A stretch of DNA of 64,000 nt from Bacteroidota bacterium (GTDB lineage Bacteria > Bacteroidota > Ignavibacteria > OLB7): assembly GCA_048498995.1 (NCBI GenBank), contig JBEHWX010000015.1:617-64616 (forward strand), written 5' to 3'. A program made the position numbers and the translations under genes. The first letter of the stretch is position 1; the number at the start of each line of letters is the position of its first letter. The notes under the pieces were generated by a model. It was not told the DNA's origin. It saw nothing but the letters and a program-made list of their open reading frames with translations, and ran no database searches. Positions 19,775-32,850 of this stretch are shown here, piece after piece.

Positions 19775-19858
19775 GGCTTCGATGAAGCTGTACGCGGGAG
19801 GGCTAGAGTGCAATCGAACTCAACGGAAGGCTGGGGGAAACCTGACCCGGTAATGGAA

Positions 19859-19899
19859 GACTCGATCGCGCATGGCGACGGGCCATGCGCGATCGAGTC
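19859..19899 (-). terminator. Perfect 17-18 bp inverted repeat hairpin between secA stop and porU start
   Basis: actcgatcgcgcatggc-gacgg-gccatgcgcgatcgagt; candidate intrinsic terminator or attenuator downstream of secA. Confidence 0.45.
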
Positions 19900-19948
19900 G
19901 ATATCATGCGGAGCACCTGTCAGCGTGTCGGGGAGACCGCCGGCAGGC

Positions 19949-23104
<3,156 letters not shown>

Positions 23105-23836
23105 GATGTATTTGTACCGTTCCAATATCGGCCGTTGCCGGAGCGAGGGGTGGGCCGCGCGAGGCGGCGATCGACACGGGGCGCGGGCCCCGGACTCCTA
23201 CGGCCAGTTCGTATACAGTGCGTCGTAATCGTATCTGTCACCGGGATCCCCCTCATCCTTGAGGGGACCGACGACACCTCTACAGCAAGATCGAATCCGA
23301 AGTTGCAGCGCAGGCGTCCACATCGGGACGCGCCAGGAGGATGAGGCCGAGCGTGGAAACCGGGCCCCATTCGAGACGGAACACCAAGCTACGAATTTTT
23401 GGAGGATCTCGGAGGGGACGCCAGTGGGGATTTCCGGACGGATTGCGCGGTTCCGCCGAAGCGGTCGCCTGCCGCCGCGGGGCTGTTTCGGCGAACCGAC
23501 GTGCCCTCTGGATCGCTCCCCTCGCACAATCGCTTACACGCTCCCCGAAGGGGCTCACGGTAGCGCCCCGCCGGAATTCTCCATTCTTCCGCGTCAGGAT
23601 GATCGCACTGTACGTATGATCCCTTCCCGGCCTATCTCCCCCCTCCGACGCTCCCCCGACCATGCCCGATCGAAACAATTTGTCAAAGGTCGTGCTTGAT
23701 GGTAGATTCGGAGCCGACCGAATCATCGACTCAGGCTGCCACGAAACCCTGCACGATTCGGGAGGCACGCATCGGTTTCCGCCAACGGGAGCCCATGGAG
23801 CCGGAAAGCCACATATCTCGATCCGATCGCCATACC

Positions 23837-24562
23837 ATGAGACGCCTCCTTCCGCTGTTGACGGCGGCCCTTCTGTTCCTGATGTCGAATCGCGGCCAAG
23901 CACAAAGCCCGCCATGTCCCGATCCCGACTTCGCCCTGGATCCGATCCGCACGCCTGGTCCCGCTTGGACACATCATCGTGACTCACTCGATTTCGGTAC
24001 CGGCTGCATGGTGGTCGTGGACTGGTGCGATCAATGAGTTTGCCGCGGCCTCGCCGGATTGTCGAGATGTCGCGTCTCGATCTCGCAGATCGTGTACCTC
24101 GGTGGCTGCGCGACGATCCCGGATTTCCCCACGCAGGCCTTTGTGGACAGTTGTCTCGGTGAGGTCATCAGGGCACTTTACGACAACGGGAAGATTCCGC
24201 GCGACAGGCCGCCGAAACCTTGCTCCGACCCGACGGACGACGATCACTTCTATGAAACGATTACCACGAGCTGCGTGCGACAGTATGCGTGGACCGGAAC
24301 CGTCAATGGCGCCGCGGTCTCATCGCAAGGACTCGTCTTCTGCAAGTCGCAGGCCGCCTGTCTCAGAAAGTGGAAGGTATGCACTGATTCCGACGGCATC
24401 CCTCGGTGCATGCTGGATGGCACCTTTCCACTCGGTGGTGACGGATGCACGGAGACGTCGGTCGATTCTCCGTACGTGATGAACGGCGTATACGACGGGC
24501 TGAACCTGACCATACTGAACAGGGCTCAGGGGCATGCGTGTGCGCCCACGTGCCAGCCATGA
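23837..24562 (+). CDS. Cys-rich secreted protein with in-frame TGA at 24035-24037 (candidate selenoprotein, C-D-Q-U motif, or disrupted gene)
   Basis: Signal peptide MRRLLPLLTAALLFLMSNRGQAQS. The ORF reads ...VVVDWCDQ-TGA-VCRGLAGLSRC... in the same frame. The downstream 167-aa segment has coding-like codon bias, many Cys, and no ATG start (only TTG) or signal peptide of its own. Confidence 0.4.
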
Positions 24563-24713
24563 CAGACGATTGGTGCGCGGTCGCCCACGGTTCTGATGCA
24601 CAATTCTCCCGAACAGAATACCAGGACAATTCCGCCAGGCTGGAGCTCGGCGCCGGCCGGTCGAAGTCTCGGCTGGAACACCCGCCGCATGTCCGTTCCC
24701 GGAATCGAAACCC

Positions 24714-27275
24714 ATGATCATGAGAAGACTCCCATTCCTCCTGCTGAAAATCGCCTCCCTGGGAATCACCGCGATGATGATCGCCTCGCCGAGGGGAACG
24801 GCTCAGCAGCCTCCCATTACCTCCCCGCCGGCCCGAGATACGTACGTGCCGGACGGTCCGGTCAACGCCATGGTCGGATACGACGGACGCATCGTGCTCG
24901 GAGGACGCTTCACGGCGCTGGCACCGGGCAACGGCGGCATCATGGCACTTGATCCAGCGACCGGGAAGGCAACGGGACTCTCGGCACGGGTCCTGGAAGT
25001 GATGGCCGCGGTCGAGGACGGCCACGGGGGGTGGTACGCCATGGGGAAGCTCGATCCCAACAAGCCAACGTACCTGCCCACGCATCTGATCCGCTTGAGC
25101 CCGCGCGGCGTACTGCTCGACGCGTGGGAATGCCCGGTAAGAGCTGTTGAAAGCGCGCTGAGCAGCGTTCAATGCATGGCGCGCCATGGCGATACGATCG
25201 TCATCGGCGGGAGCTTCGATTCGGTGGCCGGGGCACCACGGAGGAACCTGGCGCTGCTCGACCTGCGCACGCGCGGTCTGTTGCCGCTCGAGCTGAATGT
25301 CGACTCCACGGTCACCGCGGCCGCGTTCGACGGACGGAGAATCGTGATCGGCGGCCTCTTCGATTCGGTCGGCGGAGTGCGTCTTTCCCATCTGGCACGA
25401 ATCGACCTCGAGACCGGGAAGCCGGCTAGCTGGATCCCCTCGCTCGACGGATATCAAAGCAGCGATCGGTATATCAACGTCATTCGCCGACTCGTGCTCC
25501 ACGGCGACGAGCTGATCACGCAGTGGGGGAATGTCGATATCGAAACCGGCGAAGCACGATCGTGGCAACCACTCCCGGAGAAGCGTGTCTCCGACTCCTA
25601 CTTCTTCGCTCAGGTCACCGATATCGCCGTTACCGGCGACACGGTGATTGCCGCCGGCGCGTTCAACATCATCAATGGCGAGCCGCGACATGGCGTCGCC
25701 GCGTTCGACCTGCGCAGCGGTGAGCTCCTCGACTGGGATCCCAATCGCGAATGGCAGCAGTCCTACAAGGGGGCCGATGCCTACGCCAACATCCAGACCG
25801 TCGCCATCTCCCAGGGGACGGCTTTCGTTGCCGGACGTTTCGAGCGCTTCGATACAGGGGCTTGTAACGGGATCGTCGGCTTCGACGTGAGAAGTGGCGC
25901 CGTAACCTCGCGTCCGCCGGCACTTCCCGGGACCTATGATCTGAAGATCCTCCTGGCGGCGAGCGATTCGGGCGTGCTGGCGCGGACACTGGTATTTCCG
26001 ACCCTCGGCACACCCGTCACGCGGCGCGTCGGACTGGTGGAGCTGGTGAACTCGGGAAGGGAGATCACGAGCTGGGATCCCGATCTCCGAAGCGGAACGT
26101 TCGAGCGCGTGGGCAGCGGGTTCGTCGGACCGCTGCCGACGGTGCGGGTCCGGAGCCTGGTGGCGGATAAGGGCGTGCTCTATGTCGGCGGCTTGTTCGA
26201 TTCGGTGGGCACCACGGTCCGCCACAGCCTGGCGGCCTTCGAGCTCGCCACACACCGTCTCCTCCCATTCGATCCGCAGGTGGAGGGCGGCGATATCCGC
26301 TACATGAAGATCCACGATGGCGTTCTTTACCTGTCGGGCGGGTTCTCCATGGTCGGCGGCGCCGTGCGTCGCGGATGCGCGGCGGTCGATCTGGCCACGG
26401 GTGAGGTTCTCCCCTGGGCGCCGGAACCGGACGGCGGGATCGTCTCGATGGACTTCGATGGCGACCGTATCTACGTGGCCGGCGGTTTCGACATGATTGC
26501 CGGAGCCGCGCGCTCCGGATTCGCCGTTCTGGACCGCGCGACCGGCCAGCTCATCGATGAGGGAATTCGGCTGAGCAAGGGCGGCCGCGCGACGCTCGTC
26601 CAGATCGTCGGTGATCGTGTCTACCTCACGGCCTCCGGGTATCCCGCATCGATCCTCGACAGGGCGACCGATGCCACGCTCGTCCCGTTCGACAAACGAT
26701 CATGGGAGCCGCTCTGGCCAAAGCCACGCACCGGATATGGATGGATCACTCCGAGCGGAATCGTTCCCTGGGAGAACGCCGTGATCGCGCTCGGAATCGC
26801 GTCGACGGAGGATGGAGTATACGTCTCGGCCGAGGAGGGCGTCCACCTCCTAGATACGGCAACCGGCGCGCGCATCGGCATCGGGCCAACTTCGATGAAC
26901 ATCTCGGAATCGTGGTCCGCGGTCAGGTCGGGAGATACGCTCTTCCTCGGCGCTCAATTCACCACCCTCGGCAATCGTAGGGTGTACGCCTTCACCCGGC
27001 TCGATCCGAATGTCTCATCCCTCGTTCGTCGCGAGCCGGTGGATGAGCCATCCGATATACTGCTGTATCCGAACCCGGCCCGGGATATCGTTTCCGTTGC
27101 GATCTCCGCCGCGGCGCTCCCGGACATCGTCCATATCCTCGATGTGCTCGGTCGGGAAGTCGCGACCGCCGCGATGACGAATGGCCGCGCGACGATCTCC
27201 ACCGCCGAGCTCTCCACCGGACGCTACGAAGTCGTTGCCGGCGGGCGAAGGGCCGGGCTCATCATCGCGCGATGA
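24714..27275 (+). CDS. Secreted delta-60-repeat-like beta-propeller protein with T9SS C-terminal sorting domain
   Basis: Signal peptide, then ~55-60 aa repeats of the form (V/I)xxGGxFxxVGG...R..LA.(L/F)D..TG..L.W.P, delta-60-like. C-terminal ILLYPNPARDIVSVAI...GRYEVVAGGRRAGLIIAR is a T9SS CTD. Confidence 0.75.
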   Translation: MIMRRLPFLLLKIASLGITAMMIASPRGTAQQPPITSPPARDTYVPDGPVNAMVGYDGRIVLGGRFTALAPGNGGIMALDPATGKATGLSARVLEVMAAVEDGHGGWYAMGKLDPNKPTYLPTHLIRLSPRGVLLDAWECPVRAVESALSSVQCMARHGDTIVIGGSFDSVAGAPRRNLALLDLRTRGLLPLELNVDSTVTAAAFDGRRIVIGGLFDSVGGVRLSHLARIDLETGKPASWIPSLDGYQSSDRYINVIRRLVLHGDELITQWGNVDIETGEARSWQPLPEKRVSDSYFFAQVTDIAVTGDTVIAAGAFNIINGEPRHGVAAFDLRSGELLDWDPNREWQQSYKGADAYANIQTVAISQGTAFVAGRFERFDTGACNGIVGFDVRSGAVTSRPPALPGTYDLKILLAASDSGVLARTLVFPTLGTPVTRRVGLVELVNSGREITSWDPDLRSGTFERVGSGFVGPLPTVRVRSLVADKGVLYVGGLFDSVGTTVRHSLAAFELATHRLLPFDPQVEGGDIRYMKIHDGVLYLSGGFSMVGGAVRRGCAAVDLATGEVLPWAPEPDGGIVSMDFDGDRIYVAGGFDMIAGAARSGFAVLDRATGQLIDEGIRLSKGGRATLVQIVGDRVYLTASGYPASILDRATDATLVPFDKRSWEPLWPKPRTGYGWITPSGIVPWENAVIALGIASTEDGVYVSAEEGVHLLDTATGARIGIGPTSMNISESWSAVRSGDTLFLGAQFTTLGNRRVYAFTRLDPNVSSLVRREPVDEPSDILLYPNPARDIVSVAISAAALPDIVHILDVLGREVATAAMTNGRATISTAELSTGRYEVVAGGRRAGLIIAR

Positions 27276-28059
27276 CTTCTCGAATCATGTCGATGAACCG
27301 ATCCGGCCATCTCCTTGCGAGCTGCCGGAAGTCGTCCATCCGGAGTCACTGCGTGCACATGGTGCCGGTGAACGGTCCCGGCCCTCATGAAGACAGGCCG
27401 ATCTTCTGGCGAGATGTGGTGAAGACCGGAGGCCGGCTCCACGTGGATTCGGTCACTCTGATCCCGAGCGAATCCACGGACCAGCCACGCGACTCGCACG
27501 CGGAGTCGCCGCTTCACACTTCCAAGCGGCACACCTCTTCTCGTCTCTCCTTTCCGCGTTGACCATTGTATCGCACCCGATTCATCGATTCTTTCACGGG
27601 CCCGAGCGTCGAGCGGACTCGATTACCGGCGCCATCCCTCCGAGAGTCTCACATTCCTCAGTGCATGTGAGATGGCATCATCGTCGGCACCATGTCAGGG
27701 CACCAGGGTTATCGGAATCGATCAGAGCATATGCCCGACGCTCCATCGCCGACGTCTCCTGAAGCGAAAGCTCCGTGATGAGCCACCATGTGCATGATAT
27801 TCCGCGCGCGATGTCGACACTTCACATGTATCGCACCGATGCCAGGCCGATGTCGGCACTTCCATCCCGCATTCATCAACGCTCGATCCGAAGCACTTGA
27901 TCCGCACAAATGGTTGCAATAACGGAAAACGATATGCCGTCCGCCAGTACTTACTCTCCCGTTGTCGTGATCGCCCGGTTACAGGACAGATTCCAGATTC
28001 CGTACAGCACGTCATCACCCTCACGCTCGATTCCACGCCATATTCGGCGATTTCACCCC

Positions 28060-28800
28060 ATGGCATGGTCCTTTTAGCATTCCCCGTCAGTACACGAATT
28101 CAACTGAACTTCAAACACGAATACTCATTCTCAACGGGACCAACGTCATGAACATCCGCACCTTCGCCTTCGCCGCCCTCGCCATCGTCGCCGCTCCGAT
28201 CGTCTCGATGGCCCAGTCGGCCTCGGTGACCTCCACGGCCACGATCGTTACCCCGATCACCGCGACCGCCACCGCTCCGCTGGCCTTCGGCACCATCTCC
28301 AAGGGCGCCACCGCCACGGTGAGCGCCGGATCGACCTCGGCCGGCGCGGTGACCTTCTCGGGCGACGAGTCGGACAACATCACGGTCTCGGTGCCGACGA
28401 CGGCCACGATCTCGACGACCTCCGGCGCCGGTGGCAGCATGACCGTGACGCTCGACCGAGCCGGTCTGCGCTACACGCCGCTCGGGAACATCACCTCGAA
28501 CGGTGCCGCGGTGGTCGATGCCTCCAGCGGCTCGGCGACGGTGGCCCTGAGCATGGACAACCAGGGTGACGCCGTCAACAGCGATGGCCTCGGTCAGGCC
28601 TACATCTGGATCGGCGGCTCGGTGAGCCCCTCGGCCACGCAGCAGCGCGGCAGCTACAGCGGAACCTTCACCGTCTCGGCCGCCTACTCCAACTAACTTC
28701 CACGGCAACCAGCCGATATGAACATGTGGTGATGAGAGCTCCCGTCGTCGCGCTTACCATGCGGCCGGCATGAATGACGCGCCGGCGGGACACTCTCAAA
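28060..28800 (+). repeat. Segmental direct repeat, unit 1 (DUF4402 gene plus flanks); partner at ~37530..38330
   Basis: Upstream gtacacgaattcaac...aacacgaa.actc.t.ctcaacgggaccaac...catgaac and downstream ga.gtgaagatgtggtg.tgagag.tcccg.tgtcgcgc...cactctcaa are shared between the two loci. Confidence 0.7.
28148..28696 (+). CDS. DUF4402-like secreted Thr/Ser/Ala-rich beta-sandwich protein (copy 1)
   Basis: Signal peptide AAPIVSMA-QSA, then a mature region ending ...QQRGSYSGTFTVSAAYSN. About 90% identical to the gene at 37617..38159, including ~100 bp upstream and ~150 bp downstream flanks. Confidence 0.7.
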   Translation: MNIRTFAFAALAIVAAPIVSMAQSASVTSTATIVTPITATATAPLAFGTISKGATATVSAGSTSAGAVTFSGDESDNITVSVPTTATISTTSGAGGSMTVTLDRAGLRYTPLGNITSNGAAVVDASSGSATVALSMDNQGDAVNSDGLGQAYIWIGGSVSPSATQQRGSYSGTFTVSAAYSN

Positions 28801-29318
28801 CCTTTCGACCGACATACGAGCGCTCCCCCCGCGGCGGCAGGCTTTCCGGCCTGTCGCCGTTTTCATTGCATAAAGGCCGCTCCCGTTGTTCAGCCGGCGC
28901 GGCGCCCGGACGGTAGTTGGGCGCCAGGCGTGGATTTCCGGCCACCGCCCTCGGAATCCGCTCCTCGCCGGGCACCCGGAACCATGTGGGTACACGAACT
29001 GGGACTCGCAACCGCTTTCCCGGCGCGATACATTTGCCACCGTCCACGGAATGCTTCACGGTCACACCGACGCCGATGGCCGGCGAAACCAGCTCGCGCC
29101 CGCGCGAGCCGGAGCCGGGCCGCGCGCCCGATATCGGAAGCTCTGAACCGACCGCCACCAGGGTCGGTTCCATGACGAGCCGATGCCTGACGGCATCGGC
29201 CGCCATCTCCGCCCACGCCGATCGCGCCGGAAAGCGCGAAGTGCAGACGTACTCCCCCCGTCTGTCTGCTTCAGATCATCGCTACCTCTCCCGCCGTTCC
29301 CATTCAGCAGGTACCGCA

Positions 29319-30524
29319 ATGACCGAGGTTGCCGACGATTACGCGCCCGAGCTCCTGATCGCACGCATCATGAAGCGGATCCGACGCCCCCACTTCCATC
29401 ATCCAGTCGAGCCGGACTGGAATCCGCGGGTGCCGGTCATGTATTACGAGGAAACCTGCGTCGCCGGCATCCCCTTCGACGTGCCGATGGTGATTCTCCG
29501 CACCGCTCCCTGCCGGTGGTTCGTCGCCGGAGGATGCGTCATGTGCAACTACGAGCTCGTCGAGGCGCGCCATCAGGAGATCACCGCCGATGACATCCTG
29601 GCGCAGGTCGACCACGCCATCGAGCGCCTTGCGCCGCTGAACCGCTACGACTATCTGTTCATCACCTCCGGCGGCTCGTTCCTCGACGACGCCGAGGTTC
29701 CCTCCGACGTTCGCCTGGAAATTCTCCGGCGCCTGCGCGCCGCGGGCCTCCGCCGCGTCTCGTTCGAGAGCGAGGCCAAATACTGTCTGCGGCGCGACCG
29801 GCTGGAAGCGATCGCCCAGATATTCCCCGGCTCGGCGTCGGTCGGCATCGGCTACGAATCATCGGATCCGTTCATCCGGAACGTCGTGATCAACAAGGGG
29901 CTCGCGCAGGGAACGTTCAATCGCGCCGTGGCCAATCTCGCCGAAGCCGGCATTGGATTCTATACCTATGTGCTCCTCGGCAAGCCGTTTCTCACCCCGG
30001 CCGAGGATGAGGAAGATTGCATCGCCACCATCGTCGCCGCGCAGCGCGCCGGCGCGTTCATGACCGTCATCGAGGCCGTCAATATCCAGCCGTACACGCT
30101 CACCGAATGGCTCTGGCGGCACGGACGATATCAGCCACCATCGCTCTGGAGCGCGGTCGACATTCTGCGAAAGCTTCCGCGCGCCTACCGGCAACGGACA
30201 TCGGTCAAGGGATTCGAATCCGACGAGGGAGTGCCGGCGCCGTTCGCGCTGCCGTCGACCTGCCCCGAGTGCACGCCACGCCTCGTGGAGATGCTCAACG
30301 CATGGAACCGCGCGCGCGATCACGATCTGATCGAGCGGGCCCGGCGGGAGTGCGCATGCCACCTAGAATACGAGAGGGCCCGCGCCATTCCGGCGCCGGA
30401 TCCGATCCCGCGGCGGGTGATCGCCGAGCTCCGGGCCATCGACCGCGAGCTCGACGACCTTCCACACGAACCAGTTTCCATCACGCTCGACCATCCCATT
30501 CACGGATTACAGGAGCTGCCATGA
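29319..30524 (+). CDS. Radical-SAM-like enzyme with atypical Cx7Cx2C cluster (TIGR01210/ELP3-like architecture)
   Basis: Start at MTEVADDYAPELL (29319) within a longer ORF. Motif RTAPCRWFVAGGCVMCNY, then FITSGGSFLDD and TIM-barrel-like SAM-binding segments. Its stop overlaps the next gene's ATG (ATGA). Confidence 0.6.
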   Translation: MTEVADDYAPELLIARIMKRIRRPHFHHPVEPDWNPRVPVMYYEETCVAGIPFDVPMVILRTAPCRWFVAGGCVMCNYELVEARHQEITADDILAQVDHAIERLAPLNRYDYLFITSGGSFLDDAEVPSDVRLEILRRLRAAGLRRVSFESEAKYCLRRDRLEAIAQIFPGSASVGIGYESSDPFIRNVVINKGLAQGTFNRAVANLAEAGIGFYTYVLLGKPFLTPAEDEEDCIATIVAAQRAGAFMTVIEAVNIQPYTLTEWLWRHGRYQPPSLWSAVDILRKLPRAYRQRTSVKGFESDEGVPAPFALPSTCPECTPRLVEMLNAWNRARDHDLIERARRECACHLEYERARAIPAPDPIPRRVIAELRAIDRELDDLPHEPVSITLDHPIHGLQELP

Positions 30525-30859
30525 AGTACCTCGTTCTCAAGCGCTACAAAACGGTTCCTCCGGAGCTGAACGCCCAACAGATGCTGGAGATCCAGCTCGA
30601 AGAGATGCGCTACCTGGCGCGGCTGCGCGATGAAGGGCGCATCGCGAAAGTCTGGCGCGTGCCGGGTGGCCCCGGCGAAAGCGTCTGGCTGCTGAACGAC
30701 GCGACGCACGAGGATATCGACACCATGATCAATCAGATGCCCGATTATCCCTACTTCATTTTCGACATCAGGATCATCCCGCTCAGCTCGCTCAGCGTCG
30801 TGGAATCCACCGTCAGAAAAATGCTGGAAGATCAGCGCTCGGTGGCGGCAACGAACTGA
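30521..30859 (+). CDS. Muconolactone delta-isomerase-like small protein (MLI fold), copy 1
   Basis: 112 aa, MKYLVLKRYKTV...GRIAKVWRVPGGPGESVWLLNDATHEDIDTMINQMPDYPYFIFDIRIIPLSSL fits the MLI-family pattern. Real start at 30521, not the long Arg-rich ORF from 30017. Confidence 0.65.
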   Translation: MKYLVLKRYKTVPPELNAQQMLEIQLEEMRYLARLRDEGRIAKVWRVPGGPGESVWLLNDATHEDIDTMINQMPDYPYFIFDIRIIPLSSLSVVESTVRKMLEDQRSVAATN

Positions 30860-30912
30860 GGCGCGACCGGTCGCACTTCTCAATTCCACTTACACTCACA
30901 TCGAGGTGTACG

Positions 30913-31248
30913 ATGAAGTATCTCATGCTCAAGGAAGACGGCGCCACTCCCTCGCTGACGCCGTCGGAGATGATGGAGACGCTGCTCGAGGAAATGGATG
31001 TCCTCAAGGAGCAGATTCGCAACGGTCAGATCGATGAGATCTACAAGATGGTCGGCCGTCCCGGCGGGGCGATGATCGTCAACGCCGATTCGCATGAAGG
31101 GTTGTTCCGCCGGATGACCCAGCTGCCGGAATACGGCCTCTCGATGTTCGAGATCGAGCTGTTCCCGCTGTCGGACCTCGACGAGGCGATCCGGGACGTG
31201 GAGCTGGCCTCCGCGCGCTTGAACGAATCACTTCAGCCAGCATCATAA
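30913..31248 (+). CDS. Muconolactone delta-isomerase-like small protein, copy 2 (tandem paralog)
   Basis: 111 aa, MKYLMLKEDGA...IYKMVGRPGGAMIVNADSHEGLFRRMTQLPEYGLSMFEIELFPLSDL is a paralog of the preceding gene. Confidence 0.65.
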   Translation: MKYLMLKEDGATPSLTPSEMMETLLEEMDVLKEQIRNGQIDEIYKMVGRPGGAMIVNADSHEGLFRRMTQLPEYGLSMFEIELFPLSDLDEAIRDVELASARLNESLQPAS

Positions 31249-31259
31249 GGAGAAGAGCA

Positions 31260-31706
31260 ATGCCATCTCAGGACGAGATCGCCACGATGCTGAACAGGAC
31301 CTATCCTCCGAATCTTCAGGATGGGGACGATCATCAGCAGATCGCGCGGAACCTGGGCGCTCAGTATGACTCGAACGCCACGATGATTCACCCGGATCAG
31401 AATCGCACCACGCAGGGACGAGACAATATCGTCTCCGACTTCGCGGCATGCTTCGACGCCATTCCGGATCTCGCGATGACGCACGCGGATTTCATCTTCA
31501 ACGAGGATGGAACCGTCGATACCAGCTGGGTCATCACCGGGACTCACCTCGGTGAGTATCAGGGGACGCCGCCGAGCGGCCAGCGGATCCGGATCACCGG
31601 AAACGAGAAATTCTACCTGAACTCGGACCAGTCGAGCATCCGCCGCCACGAGCTCTGGACATCGCTCGATTCCCAGGGCTGGAGCGGCGTGATCGTCGAC
31701 GGCTGA
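31260..31706 (+). CDS. SnoaL-like polyketide/ester cyclase family protein (NTF2-like fold)
   Basis: 148 aa; ...VDTSWVITGTHLGEYQGTPPSGQRIRITGNEKFYL... is the typical SnoaL-like/ester-cyclase signature. Confidence 0.6.
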   Translation: MPSQDEIATMLNRTYPPNLQDGDDHQQIARNLGAQYDSNATMIHPDQNRTTQGRDNIVSDFAACFDAIPDLAMTHADFIFNEDGTVDTSWVITGTHLGEYQGTPPSGQRIRITGNEKFYLNSDQSSIRRHELWTSLDSQGWSGVIVDG

Positions 31707-31892
31707 TCATCGACGTGACGCGCGGCCGCCAGGAGTCGCGAATATCCGGCCAGAGACGAGCCTCGCGTGGTGGCCCGTCGGCGGGAAGCGCATCGCCGAA
31801 CAACTATCGGATCGTATCTTCCCGGCCGGTCGAACGGACCTTCGACCCGGCCGGCCGGCCGGGAGGAATACTACATCTGCTGGTTGACCATC

Positions 31893-32768
31893 ATGTGGGA
31901 ACAGGATTTCACCCGCGCGCTGCGCGCCGGACATCTCGACACGGCGATCGACTCGCTCGACCGCCATACCGCGACGGAGCACGCCGGAACGCCTCCATCG
32001 GCCGTCAAGCGCAAGGCGCTGGCGCTCATCAGGGAGATGCTTCCGCGCGACACGTTCGCGACATGGGTTCCGAAGCTGCTGGCCTCCCCCTCGGCCACCG
32101 CGCGGGAGCTTGCCGCCGGCATGCTCGAGGTCGTCGCGGCCGAGGACGCCCGATCGATCCTTCCGGCGATGATCGGCATCGCCGATGACGACAACTGGGA
32201 GGTTCGCGAGACCGCGGCCGTGCTCTTCGCGCGTGTGCTGCTGGCCTCGTTCGACGCGAACCTGCCGCTGTTCCGGGAGCTGGCGCGGCATCCGTCGGTC
32301 AACGTGCGGCGCGCCGTCGTGGTCGGGGCCAAATACGTGGCGAAGGAGCGGAAGGCGAGCCACGCCGAGGCGCTCTTCTCGCTGATCGAGCCGCTGATGT
32401 CCGATCCGAACGAGTATATCCGGAAGAATCTCGGACCGTTCGCCATCGGCGATGGACTGCTCAGGTGCTTTCCGGCAATGGCGGTCGAGCGGTTGCAAAC
32501 ATGGTCCCGCTCGGACGACGAAGTGGTGCGGTGGAACGTGGCGATGGCGTTCTCGACCGCCGAGGCGAGGAAGCATCTCGACGTCGGCCTGCCGATTCTC
32601 GAGGAACTGGCCGGTGACGGCAGGCGCCTTGTGTGGCGCGCGGCGGCGGCGGCGTTGAAGAACCATGCGCGCAAGCTCCCCGAGCTGGTGCGCCCGACAC
32701 TCGAGAGGATGATGAGCGATCCGGCGCGACGGGCCGCGGCGGAAGTCGTCGAGAAGTACCTCGAGTGA
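31893..32768 (+). CDS. HEAT-repeat protein (DNA alkylation repair AlkC/AlkD-like)
   Basis: Start MWEQDF at 31893. Repeated helical HEAT-like units such as ...DDDNWEVRETAAVLFARVL... and ...DPNEYIRKNLGPFAIGD... Confidence 0.55.
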   Translation: MWEQDFTRALRAGHLDTAIDSLDRHTATEHAGTPPSAVKRKALALIREMLPRDTFATWVPKLLASPSATARELAAGMLEVVAAEDARSILPAMIGIADDDNWEVRETAAVLFARVLLASFDANLPLFRELARHPSVNVRRAVVVGAKYVAKERKASHAEALFSLIEPLMSDPNEYIRKNLGPFAIGDGLLRCFPAMAVERLQTWSRSDDEVVRWNVAMAFSTAEARKHLDVGLPILEELAGDGRRLVWRAAAAALKNHARKLPELVRPTLERMMSDPARRAAAEVVEKYLE

Positions 32769-32850
32769 TTCCGGAGCAGGTATCCCGCCGGATCGGCCGC
32801 GCGGCTCGTCGGGGATCACATCGCGGAGAGATCGACAATCGGCGCAGGAT

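Noticed and set aside
23280-23310. tRNA-like T-loop motif (gatcgaatcc) in secA upstream region
   Set aside because: No complementary T-stem or acceptor stem can be formed around it.
24059-24562. Treating the 167-aa Cys-rich ORF as an independent gene
   Set aside because: It has no ATG (only a TTG), no signal peptide despite being Cys-rich, and is exactly in frame with the upstream signal-peptide ORF across a single TGA. It was therefore reported as one interrupted or recoded gene.
24363-26315. 650-aa minus-strand ORF
   Set aside because: It is antisense to the delta-60-repeat T9SS cargo gene, which has a clear signal peptide, repeats and a CTD.
30017-30520. 5' extension of the MLI-like ORF (280-aa version)
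   Set aside because: The extension is Arg/His-rich junk overlapping the radical SAM gene in another frame. The conserved MLI domain starts at MKYLVLK.
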